DNA from: an uncultured bacterium
Lineage (GTDB): Bacteria; Chloroflexota; UBA5177; JANWHV01
Direction of reading: 5' to 3'
DNA: 64,000 bases
Assembly: GCA_963827235.1 (NCBI GenBank)
Contig: CAWHAE010000016.1
Location: 704,001 to 768,000 of the forward strand
In this document: positions 10,687 through 19,633 of the stretch, in pieces
How positions within the stretch are numbered: position 1 is the stretch's first letter
Layout of the letters: each line of letters starts with the position of its first letter
Program-made: the position numbers and the translations under genes
The notes under the pieces: model-generated
What the model was told of the DNA's origin: nothing
Database searches by the model: none
The model's input: the letters and a program-made list of their open reading frames with translations, nothing else

Positions 10687-11148
10687 GCCGCTGCGCCTCC
10701 AAGCAGAACTGAACAGCTACAGTTCGCAGCCGGCCCCGCCAAACTGGACGGGGCCGTGTTCATTTTGCGTGGAAGCAGGCAACAGCGGCAAGTGCAGGGT
10801 GGCAGGGTGCCCGGCGCCATCGGTCATCTGTGGCCCCTCGGAGCCTCACTCTTCCGTGAACGCCTTCAAGGTGTCGCCGCCTGCGAATCCCGCGACCCGC
10901 ACTACAAGCACCCTGCCGTGCCGCGGGCGATCGACGATCGCGATCTGACCGCGCCGAGGCTATCGGAAAGCGCAGACATTGTGGCGCGTCAAATCTGCCT
11001 CCACCGGCCGGCGCCGCGATCAGATGCACTGCGCACGAAAGGGAAGTTCTGCGACGTGACGCGACTTGCCCCCAGCCGACGCGGCTATAGTGGCCAGCCG
11101 CCACCCAGACTGGCAAGGGTGGCGGCTGGCCCAGGCGCCTCGGCTACC

Positions 11149-11616
11149 TCAAGCGTTCGCCTCTCGGGCTCGCCAGGCGCCGATCTGTGCTGCGTGCTCT
11201 GGGTAGTGCCGGTAGGTATTCTCGGCAACAAATTCCAGATTGGCCAGAACGGCATCGTCGTCGAGGCCCGACAGTGCCTGCAGGAGCCTCATCAGCGCGG
11301 CATCAAACGTCGCCGCCACCTGGGTCGCCGGCGTGGTCCGGTGGTCCCGATACACGCTGTCATTGACGCGATCGATCTGCGCCTCGTTGTCCTCGCCTCC
11401 CAACTGGTCGTGTGCGGTCACCGCACCCTGGAGCTTCGCCGCAGTTTCCTGTTCCCACCACGCGACGTGGACCAGAACGTCCTTGACCGACCAATGGCCA
11501 GCCACGCCCGGTACGTCGAGCTGGGCGGCAGTCAATCCGGCAAAACTGGAGCCGAGCACCGCACGCTCCGCTTGAATGCGCTTCACGAGCTGCTCCCTGG
11601 TCGCCGGTTCTTCCAT
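11149..11616 (-). CDS. DinB-superfamily (ClbS/DfsB-like) four-helix bundle protein
   Basis: WSVKDVLVHVAWW and NTYRHYPEH His motifs; AGGAGG RBS. Confidence 0.8.
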   Translation of the reverse strand: MEEPATREQLVKRIQAERAVLGSSFAGLTAAQLDVPGVAGHWSVKDVLVHVAWWEQETAAKLQGAVTAHDQLGGEDNEAQIDRVNDSVYRDHRTTPATQVAATFDAALMRLLQALSGLDDDAVLANLEFVAENTYRHYPEHAAQIGAWRAREANA

Positions 11617-11747
11617 CTTGCTCCTCCTTGAAGCGATCTCGCCATGTTGCCAGACATCGGCTCCGGTCAGCCCTTGGCACGGCTTGACCGGCGCTCGCTG
11701 CTAGTTGCGGCAGGTTAGGACCAGCAACGTCGCCGGCCCAGTTTCTC

Positions 11748-13010
11748 TCATTTCACCTCCCGGATGCGAGTGGAGACTGTCGAGCTCGTGCCGCCGAGCG
11801 GCACGGTGACATGCAGACGGCCGTGACTGTCCGCCGCGATCATAAAAGGGCGGCCCGAGCCGTTCGTGACCGAATACACATGGCCGGCACGGTAGAGTGG
11901 AGCGGTGACCAGCAGGACGGTACCAGTGCCGGCAAGAGTGAACCCTGCCTGCTCTACGCTCGTCAGACCCGTAAAGCCGTCGTCGCCTCCCCTTTGCACG
12001 GCTAGCGTATAGCCCCATACGCTTGCCGCGAGGTCGGCAGTACGATAGCTCCACGGGCTCGGCGGTTTGTATGTCCGGTTGAGCGCCGTCAGCAGCATCG
12101 GCATGGCCTTGTGCAGCTCGCGCTGCCAGTACGGCCAGGTGTGCGTGCCGTTACCGTAGTCGTCGACTACAGCAGGTACGCCGGCGCCGGCCAGCGCTCT
12201 CTTCATGCTCAACAGCGTGGCGTGTACCTGCACCTCAGTCAGGTCGGGCGCGCTAATCGCGCCATTGTCCAGCGGCCCTCGATTGCCGTTCCCCGCGCTG
12301 AGAAAGAGCTGGACCCCCCGCAGATTGGATGCCAGGAGCACGGGATCGTGGGAACGGACGCACCAGAGCGATTGGCTGCATACCTGATTGAAGATCATCG
12401 ACGACGAATCGATCTGGCCATCGGGGCCGGGAGCGCTGAAGTGCTCTGGATCGAGCACCCCGCTGAACGAGGCCGCGGCGACGAAAAGGTCGGGGTGGCG
12501 CGCGGCGTAGGCCAGAGCGCCCATGCCTCCCATGGAAAGACCGGCGATTGCCCGGCCCTCGCGACCGCTAACTGTACGGAAATGACTGTCGACGTAGGGG
12601 ATGAGCTCCTTGATGTGGTAGGTCTCCCAGTTTGGGCCGGCGACCATTGGGTCCATGTACCACCCGGACGCGCCGTCGGGCATGACCACGATAAGCGGCA
12701 GCTTGTGCACGAAGGACACTATGTCGGTCTGCCGCGCCCAATCGGCATAGGACCCGCCATACCCGTGCAGCAGGTACAGCACAGGGTAGCGTTTGGTGCT
12801 GCCGGCATATCCGTCGGGCAGCAACACGTTGACGTGCGTGGTGCTGCCCAAGGCGGGGCTACGTAGCATGAGAGTCCTGAGGTTGCTGCTTGCACCGGCG
12901 TGCGACTGCGGCGCCTGGAATCCGAGCAACGCCATGACGAGGACGAGGGACGAGGCGCAACACGTTCGAAACAGCGAGATCGCTGACGGTCGGGTAATCA
13001 CGCTTGCCAT
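11748..13010 (-). CDS. Secreted alpha/beta-hydrolase esterase (antigen-85/tributyrin-esterase-like) with a C-terminal beta domain
   Basis: Signal peptide, YPVLYLLHG, nucleophile GLSMGG, GTHTWPYWQREL. Confidence 0.88.
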   Translation of the reverse strand: MASVITRPSAISLFRTCCASSLVLVMALLGFQAPQSHAGASSNLRTLMLRSPALGSTTHVNVLLPDGYAGSTKRYPVLYLLHGYGGSYADWARQTDIVSFVHKLPLIVVMPDGASGWYMDPMVAGPNWETYHIKELIPYVDSHFRTVSGREGRAIAGLSMGGMGALAYAARHPDLFVAAASFSGVLDPEHFSAPGPDGQIDSSSMIFNQVCSQSLWCVRSHDPVLLASNLRGVQLFLSAGNGNRGPLDNGAISAPDLTEVQVHATLLSMKRALAGAGVPAVVDDYGNGTHTWPYWQRELHKAMPMLLTALNRTYKPPSPWSYRTADLAASVWGYTLAVQRGGDDGFTGLTSVEQAGFTLAGTGTVLLVTAPLYRAGHVYSVTNGSGRPFMIAADSHGRLHVTVPLGGTSSTVSTRIREVK

Positions 13011-13070
13011 CCTTTCGACGGGTACGCGACGATGAATAGCTTCGCTGACAGCCTATCCCGATACTAACGG

Positions 13071-13122
13071 GCCACGGACGTACGCCGCGGACCGTGCACG
13101 CCACGGCCGTCTGCCACGGCCG
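13071..13122. repeat. Four imperfect GCC(A/G)CGG(A/C)C direct repeats in the esterase 5' leader
   Basis: Copies start at 13071, 13084, 13100 and 13113. Confidence 0.45.
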
Positions 13123-13192
13123 GTTCGAGCCATGCAGGCGAGCTACCGTGCGGAAGCCGTTCGACGATACTGGATAGGGACCGGTCGACCGT

Positions 13193-13235
13193 AGTATAGA
13201 GTCATCTAATCGATTTGTCAAATCGATTAGATGAC
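13193..13235 (-). promoter_or_regulatory. Near-consensus sigma70/SigA promoter for the esterase, overlapped by a perfect 35-bp palindrome
   Basis: Minus strand TTGACA (13221-13216)-17 bp-TATACT (13198-13193); GTCATCTAATCGATTTG-T-CAAATCGATTAGATGAC at 13201-13235. Confidence 0.85.
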
Positions 13236-13449
13236 CTGTGATCGCTGTGGACGCCAACTGGTGGACTGCCGAGTGACTGCCACTGCGTTCAGCGATCGCG
13301 GCACGGCCCGAGCAGGCTGTCGGCCAAGCTCCAGATCCTTCTACCGTCACTCGTGGCATACCGACTGCCACCGGTTGGTCGGCCAAAGCATATCGGAGAG
13401 TGAAGCCGTACTGCTGAGTCAACACTCGACCATGCTGTTCAGCATTTGA

Positions 13450-13479
13450 CAGAGGGTATACACTCTGACTGCAGAGTCA
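13450..13479 (+). promoter_or_regulatory. Candidate TetR operator(s)
   Basis: Imperfect palindromes CAGAGGGTATACACTCTG (13450-13467) and TGACTGCAGAGTCA (13466-13479) just upstream of tetR; related TACTGCTGAGTCA near 13409. Confidence 0.45.
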
Positions 13480-13517
13480 TCAAGCTGAGACCGTGATGAG
13501 GATCAGGTGAAATAGCA

Positions 13518-14159
13518 TTGAGTCACGAAATCACGCAGGCTCCGAGCACGGCACGACCCTCGCTCCGTATACGCCAGCGCGCCGAGCGAGAGCAGCTAAT
13601 CCTTCAGGAGGCAGAGAGTCTGCTTGCCGAGCAGGGATACGACGGGCTGACCATGGACCTCCTGGCCGACCGGGTCGGCATCAGCAAGGGCACCATCTAT
13701 CAGCATTTCAGCACAAAAGAGGACCTTTTCGGCGCCATCGTGCTGCGCGGACTGGAGTGCGTCGACGACCACCTCGCGCTGCTGCTCGCCGAACACGAGC
13801 AGCCGGTGATCGCGCGACTGGCAGCCCTTCTCACGTCGTTGATCGAACACCATCCTACCTGGTTGTCCGCCGTCAATGGGCAGCAGAAGCATGAAATCGC
13901 GGGCACCCTCGCGAGGCATCCCGGCCTGCGCGAAGCTTTCCAGCGGTATCTGGCCAAGCTCAGCGCCCTGATCGAGGAAGGACAGAAGCGAGGGGAACTC
14001 GATGCCGCCATCCCCGCGGCCGTCGCCGCGCGGTTCCTGCTCGCATTGACCAAGTGCCGCACGGGTACCGACCTTCCCGCCGGAGTGAGCACGGAGGATT
14101 TCGCGACTCTGGCCATCCGCTTCTATTTTCGCGGCATGTCCGCCCCACCCGCACAGTAG
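13518..14159 (+). CDS. TetR/AcrR family transcriptional regulator
   Basis: GYDGLTMDLLADRVGISKGTIYQHFSTKEDL HTH. Confidence 0.93.
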   Translation: MSHEITQAPSTARPSLRIRQRAEREQLILQEAESLLAEQGYDGLTMDLLADRVGISKGTIYQHFSTKEDLFGAIVLRGLECVDDHLALLLAEHEQPVIARLAALLTSLIEHHPTWLSAVNGQQKHEIAGTLARHPGLREAFQRYLAKLSALIEEGQKRGELDAAIPAAVAARFLLALTKCRTGTDLPAGVSTEDFATLAIRFYFRGMSAPPAQ

Positions 14160-14226
14160 TCAAGGGGCGACGCGGCCGCAACCGTCAGGTCATTCGTGAT
14201 GAACAGCACAGCAGAAAAGGGAGACC

Positions 14227-16536
14227 ATGGAGGGGTTCTACACTGCACTGGCGCGCCTTGTCGTTCGGTTCAAATATCCGGTGGCCATTCTCTGGATTCT
14301 GGTCACAGTGGTCAGCGTCCGCGCCTTTCCTTCGCTGTCCAGCGTAACCAAGGACCAGAACAGCGGCTTCCTTCCCAGTACCACGCCAAGCATTCAAGCA
14401 CAAAATCTGGCGAACGCCTTCCAGAACAGCACCTACGCCTCCCTGACTATTGTCGCCGTACGCGCCGACCACATGCTCACCGCCGCCGACCAGTCCGCGA
14501 TCGACCACCTAAGTCAGCAGGTGCGCACCGTGCATACCGTCGTACAGGTGCGTGACGAAGGCACGTCACGCGACGGAGAAGCTCGGCAGGTCCTGGTGCT
14601 GGCCAACGTAGCCGCTCAGAACGGATCTGGTGCATCCAAGACGCTGGTCAATGCGATCCGTGACCGCATCAATGCCGCCGCCACGCCACCGGGGCTGGTA
14701 GCGCACTTGACAGGCGAGCTGCCCATATTGGTCGATACCCAGAGCAGCAGCTCGAAGTCCCAGAACAACACGCAAGGCCTGTCCGTGCTCTTTATCCTCG
14801 TGCTGCTCCTGTTCGCCTTCCGCGCTCTGCTGGCCCCGCTGGTCACCCTGCTGCCCGCCGCGCTGGTTCTCGCGCTCTCCAGCCCGGTCATTGCCGCATT
14901 CACCAGGATCGGGGTGCAGGCATCCAGCATCACGCAGATCATTCTCATCGTGCTGGTGCTGGGCGCCGGAACTGATTACGGGTTGTTCCTGGTGTTCAGG
15001 GTGCGCGAGGAGCTGCGCCGTGGGCTTGAGCCTCACGAGGCGGTCATACGCTCCTTGACCAACGTAGGAGAGACGATTAGCTTCTCCGCTTTTACGGTGA
15101 TCGCCGCCATGCTCAGCCTGCTGGCCGCTCAGTTCGGTCTTTATTCCGGTCTCGGTCCGGCGCTGGCGATCGGTATCGCCTTGATGCTGTTGGCAGGGCT
15201 CACGTTCTTGCCTGCGCTGCTGGCGATCTTGGGTCGCGCAGTCTTCTGGCCCTCGCGCACGCGCCAGACGAGCCGGAGCCAGGTGGGACTCTGGGGCCAG
15301 GCGAGCGGCCGCATCCTCAACCACCCGGTCAAGACACTGGTGATAGGCGTCGCGTTCTTCGCGGCACTTGCGCTGGGTCAGATCGGCACAGGCAGTACCG
15401 GATTCGGAGACATCAGCTCCGGCCCGAGCGGCACGGATTCAGCGGCCGGTCAGGCCGCGATCGCCGCTCACTACCCGGGGAGCACCTCGTTCCCCACCGC
15501 CGTATTGCTTCGCTTCCGGCAGCCAATCTGGACCAATACGGGAGTGCTGGACACGGTGCAGCAACAGCTGAAATCGAGCCCATGGTTCTCCGCTGTGATT
15601 GGTCCTACCAACCCCAACGACATCCCGCTCAGCAGTGCCGAGCTGAGCCGTCTCCACCGGCAGCTCGGTTCTGCCCAGGCACTCACACGCACGGGCGCGC
15701 TGCCGAGCGGCGCCACGCAGCTGGAGTACAACGCCTACCGAGCGACGGCGCAATACATTAGCAGCGACGGCCGCACCGTCCAATGGGCGACCACACTGCG
15801 CTACAACAACGGCGGCAGCAGTCACGACATCGCTCAGCTCCCGGCGGCCCGTGATGCCGTGACCGCGTTGGGCCGCAACGTCGGAGCGACGGCGAGCGGA
15901 TTGTATGGGCTCATGCCGTTTGCCTACGACGTCAGTCACATCGCCACGACCGACCTGTGGCGCATCCTGCCCCTTGTCGCGGTGGTGATCCTCCTACTTC
16001 TAGGGCTGGTCCTGCGCAGCATGACGGCTCCGCTGTACTTGGTAGCCAGTGTCCTTCTCTCCTACCTGGCGGCCCTGGGTCTCACGGCGCTCGTGTTCGT
16101 GCACTCGGGTGTCGATTCCGGGATCAACTTCGTGCTGCCCTTCCTCATGTTCGTGTTCCTGACCGGATTGGGATCCGACTACAACATCCTTGTCATGACC
16201 CGCATCCGCGAAGAGGCTCGCAAGATGCCGCTGAAACGGGCAGTGCAGTTCGCGGTCGGTATCAGCGGCGGCACGATCACCACAGCAGGCATCATCCTTG
16301 CAGGCACTTTTGCGGTGCTGGCCGTGGCAGCAGGCAGCAGCACGGGAGCGGATCAGGTGAAGCAGATTGGCTATGGCATAGCTGCCGGCGTGATCATGGA
16401 CACCTTCCTGATCCGCACGCTGCTCATCCCTTCGCTGGTTATCATCCTCGGGCGGTGGAACTGGTGGCCGTCGGCGCTGGCACGCCGCAAGGACGAGGAC
16501 GCGTCCGAGTCCTTGGCAGAAGGCCAAATAGCCTGA
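14227..16536 (+). CDS. MMPL-family RND transporter
   Basis: Two repeats with GAGTDYGLFL and GLGSDYNILV, MDTFLIRTLLIP; multiple TM helices. Confidence 0.92.
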   Translation: MEGFYTALARLVVRFKYPVAILWILVTVVSVRAFPSLSSVTKDQNSGFLPSTTPSIQAQNLANAFQNSTYASLTIVAVRADHMLTAADQSAIDHLSQQVRTVHTVVQVRDEGTSRDGEARQVLVLANVAAQNGSGASKTLVNAIRDRINAAATPPGLVAHLTGELPILVDTQSSSSKSQNNTQGLSVLFILVLLLFAFRALLAPLVTLLPAALVLALSSPVIAAFTRIGVQASSITQIILIVLVLGAGTDYGLFLVFRVREELRRGLEPHEAVIRSLTNVGETISFSAFTVIAAMLSLLAAQFGLYSGLGPALAIGIALMLLAGLTFLPALLAILGRAVFWPSRTRQTSRSQVGLWGQASGRILNHPVKTLVIGVAFFAALALGQIGTGSTGFGDISSGPSGTDSAAGQAAIAAHYPGSTSFPTAVLLRFRQPIWTNTGVLDTVQQQLKSSPWFSAVIGPTNPNDIPLSSAELSRLHRQLGSAQALTRTGALPSGATQLEYNAYRATAQYISSDGRTVQWATTLRYNNGGSSHDIAQLPAARDAVTALGRNVGATASGLYGLMPFAYDVSHIATTDLWRILPLVAVVILLLLGLVLRSMTAPLYLVASVLLSYLAALGLTALVFVHSGVDSGINFVLPFLMFVFLTGLGSDYNILVMTRIREEARKMPLKRAVQFAVGISGGTITTAGIILAGTFAVLAVAAGSSTGADQVKQIGYGIAAGVIMDTFLIRTLLIPSLVIILGRWNWWPSALARRKDEDASESLAEGQIA

Positions 16537-16603
16537 GGCGCGGCGCCGCGGGTCGGGCTTTGCCGGCCCTGCTTGTTGAGAGTGAGGCCTGAAGAGAAAT
16601 GAA

Positions 16604-18646
16604 ATGAGTCGCTCGGCGCAGCAGCTTTCCGACGACATCCTTCCGATCGACAACGCGGCCTGGGACATCGATCGGCAGATGGCCCTTGAGAGCAGCGACG
16701 GTGCCACGATGTACGCGCTGATGACCTCACCTGCCAGCGAGATGGCGACCTACGTCACCGGCTTGCACACCGCGATCGCCGCGCGCCAGGCCGACTGTGC
16801 CACGCTCGAGCGGTTCTACGCCGCCTTCCCCACCCTTTCTTCACTGGTCGAAAGCGGCGTCAAGCCGCCGGCGGCCCGCATCGACACTATGTACTCGCGC
16901 ATCCTCGACGACATCCAGACGCATCATCTGAAAGCCATTACCGCCGACACCAGCACCTTTGGCAACGACAAGGCGCGCTATGACAAGTCACTGAAAGCCC
17001 TTACCGACCAGGTTGGCGTGCTCGCCGCCAAGGTGCGCAAGGACAGCGACAGCGCAGCATCCAACGCACGCACCAGCATTGTCAGCGCACTGGTAGCGGC
17101 ACTTGTTCTCGCCATCGGTCTAGCGCTCCTGCTGCGCCGGGCCATTGCACGACCGCTGTTCAGGCTCGCCGGCGCCGCGGACCGCCTCGCCCTGGGCGAC
17201 ACGGAAGTTGAGGCAATGCTGCCGGGCGTCAACAGATCGGAAGCGGGGCATCTGAGCGGTGCCTTTCGCTCCATGGTGGCCTATCAGCAAGGTATGGCGC
17301 AGGTAGCGCAGAGCATCGCGGCGGGCGATCTCACCGTCCAGGTACACGCGATGGTTGAGTCAGATACACTCGGCCACTCGCTGGCGACCATGGTACAGAA
17401 CCTGCGCAGCCAGATAGGTCAGGTTGCCGCTACGGCGACGCAGGTGAGGAGACGAGCCGAGGCCCTCGCGACGACGAGCAGTCAGTTTGGCGATGCCAGC
17501 GCGCAGATTGCGCAGGCAATCGACGAGGTAGCGCGGGGCGCAGGGGATCAGTGCCGCAACGCTGGCACTGCGCTTCAGCAGATGACCGACCTGAGCAGCG
17601 TGGTGACGAGAGTGGCAGATGAAGCGCGCGCGCAGAGCCGCGCCGCGACGCAGGCCGCTCAGGCAGTCGACGAGCTTGCCTCCGCCCTGGATGCCACGAC
17701 GGACCGCGTGCAGTCGGTAACTGCGGCCGCCAGCCACGCGGTAGTCACGGCGGCGGATGGCGGTACCGCCGTACAGAGCACCATCGCCAGCATCGGCGCC
17801 GTCCGCGAGGCAGTGCTGGCAAGCGCGGAACAGGTCACTTCGCTCGGCCGCCACAGTACGGAAGTGGGCGCCATCGTGGAGGCCATCGACGACATCGCAG
17901 CGCAGACCAACCTGCTGGCCCTCAACGCGGCCATCGAGGCAGCGCGGGCGGGAGAGCACGGCAAAGGCTTCACAGTGGTGGCGGCGGAGGTGCGGAAGCT
18001 GGCCGAGCGCACGACGAACGAGACCAAGGAGATCGCCGCGCGCATCGCCGCCATCCAACGGCAGACGGCGGAGGTGGTAGCAGCCATGCAGGCGGGCAGC
18101 GGCAAGGTGGAGGAAAGCGCCGCCCTGGGCGCCCAGGCGCAGTCTGCCTTGGCAAGCATTCTGCGCGTGATCGGCGAGACCACCTCCGAAACAGCGGCCA
18201 TCCAGCAGGCCGTGGAGCGGATGTCGGCCAGCGTACAGTCGGTGCGCGAGGCAACCGGCACTATCGCCGTCATGGCTGCTCACACGACCGAGGCAGCCGA
18301 AGCCATGCTCTCAGGCACCGAGCAAGCGCGCGGCGCCATCGAGGGTATCACCGCCCTGAGCGAGGAGAGCGCGGCAAGCGCTGAGGAAGTCAACGCAGCG
18401 GCGCAAGAACAGTCTTCGGGCGTGCAGGACATGGCCACAGGCAGCCAGGAGCTTGTCGCCCAAGCGGCAGAACTGCAGAACGTGGTGAGTCGCTTCACGC
18501 TCGGCCAGGCGAGCACCGCGCCGGACGACACGTCGCAGACTCTGCCTGCCGCTGGCGTCACGCCTCGCCGGCGCTCAAGCGACTGGGCGCGAGGGCTGAG
18601 CGGCAAACCATCGGACCCGCCGGCTCATCGCCCCGCTTCCCGCTGA
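16604..18646 (+). CDS. Methyl-accepting chemotaxis protein (helical sensor, TM, HAMP region, signalling domain); first TM helix apparently missing
   Basis: [36 protein letters not shown]; single [21 protein letters not shown]; in-frame stops at 16577 and 16583 upstream. Confidence 0.88.
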   Translation: MSRSAQQLSDDILPIDNAAWDIDRQMALESSDGATMYALMTSPASEMATYVTGLHTAIAARQADCATLERFYAAFPTLSSLVESGVKPPAARIDTMYSRILDDIQTHHLKAITADTSTFGNDKARYDKSLKALTDQVGVLAAKVRKDSDSAASNARTSIVSALVAALVLAIGLALLLRRAIARPLFRLAGAADRLALGDTEVEAMLPGVNRSEAGHLSGAFRSMVAYQQGMAQVAQSIAAGDLTVQVHAMVESDTLGHSLATMVQNLRSQIGQVAATATQVRRRAEALATTSSQFGDASAQIAQAIDEVARGAGDQCRNAGTALQQMTDLSSVVTRVADEARAQSRAATQAAQAVDELASALDATTDRVQSVTAAASHAVVTAADGGTAVQSTIASIGAVREAVLASAEQVTSLGRHSTEVGAIVEAIDDIAAQTNLLALNAAIEAARAGEHGKGFTVVAAEVRKLAERTTNETKEIAARIAAIQRQTAEVVAAMQAGSGKVEESAALGAQAQSALASILRVIGETTSETAAIQQAVERMSASVQSVREATGTIAVMAAHTTEAAEAMLSGTEQARGAIEGITALSEESAASAEEVNAAAQEQSSGVQDMATGSQELVAQAAELQNVVSRFTLGQASTAPDDTSQTLPAAGVTPRRRSSDWARGLSGKPSDPPAHRPASR

Positions 18647-18669
18647 CCGGTCTCGGACCGGGCGGCACA

Positions 18670-18706
18670 GGCCGGTCGGCCGTATCCCTTACACGGCCGA
18701 CCGGCC
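18670..18706. terminator. Perfect 14-bp stem-loop between convergent genes (bidirectional terminator candidate)
   Basis: GGCCGGTCGGCCGT-9 nt-ACGGCCGACCGGCC; weak U-tract. Confidence 0.65.
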
Positions 18707-18823
18707 AGCCTTTGAGATCCTATCTTCGGAGGGCAGACCGCGACTGGCCGCCGAAGCCAGCTCACGTGACCGGCTCGACCGCCACCCTCGACAGTTGCCC
18801 GGCGCTACGCGCGGACCGCACCA

Positions 18824-19423
18824 TCACCCCACCGCGGAAGCCGGCACGTCACCGGGAATCGGCTCCGCCTGTGCCATGTCCGACCTGCCCAGACGGCTGA
18901 GCAGTTCGTACATGATCTCGCCCATGCGCTCCGGCGTGTAAGGCATGTCGTGCATCAGCCACCAATCGACGATTGACAGCGCCGCCGAGATGGTGAAGTG
19001 TGCCGAGATCTCCGGCGGCACCGTGCCGCTCCCCGGCAGGTCCTGCTTGGCCAGGACGATGCCCAGCCCCACCTCCAGTACGCGCTGTCGCACGGCGGGC
19101 GCCCGCAGCAAGACCCGCATTATCTCACTCTGCTGGCGCACATAGTGGAAGATCAAGCTGGAGTCCACCGCATCGGGCAAATAGGCTGAGCGAATCAGCT
19201 CAGCCGGCAGCTCGTCCACCACGACGTCCAGCACGTCGGCAAGCAAGGCGTCCTTGTCCGCGTAGTGCCGGAAGAAGGTGGCGTAGCCTACGTCAGCACG
19301 CTCCGTAATCTCCCGGATGCTGATCACGTCGTACCCCTTCTCCAGGGTCAGGGCAATCAGAGCCTTTGCCAGCAGCGTCTGCGTGCGCCGGATGCGCCGG
19401 TCTTGGTGCTCAATCTCTGCCAC
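18824..19423 (-). CDS. TetR/AcrR family transcriptional regulator
   Basis: DRRIRRTQ...ISIREITERADVGYATFFRHYADKDAL. Confidence 0.93.
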   Translation of the reverse strand: MAEIEHQDRRIRRTQTLLAKALIALTLEKGYDVISIREITERADVGYATFFRHYADKDALLADVLDVVVDELPAELIRSAYLPDAVDSSLIFHYVRQQSEIMRVLLRAPAVRQRVLEVGLGIVLAKQDLPGSGTVPPEISAHFTISAALSIVDWWLMHDMPYTPERMGEIMYELLSRLGRSDMAQAEPIPGDVPASAVG

Positions 19424-19481
19424 CTTCAGGCCACCTTCAGTCGTTCTCCTCGTCTCTCCATTTTAGTATGCATCGCCGCGC

Positions 19482-19553
19482 TCCAATATAGCCAATATGA
19501 TATATTGGGGTTCATAGTGGTCTATGTGTACTTTAGTACTAGCGTGATATCAC
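19482..19553. promoter_or_regulatory. AT-rich divergent promoter region with palindromes (TetR operator candidates)
   Basis: CCAATATGATATATTGG (19492-19508), TAGTACTA, GTGATATCAC (19544-19553). Confidence 0.4.
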
Positions 19554-19633
19554 AGCATCGTCGCGGCGGACCGCGCCGCGAGCCCTGGCACAGAGCATGT
19601 TAGGTCGAATGCGACTAGGTAAGGAACAGCGTT

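Noticed and set aside
10790-10960. STAS-like remnant (RVLVVRVAGFAGGDTLKAFTEE*) on the minus strand
   Set aside because: Too short and interrupted to support without a search
13115-13140. GGTTCGAGCC as a tRNA T-arm
   Set aside because: No acceptor stem, D-arm or anticodon arm
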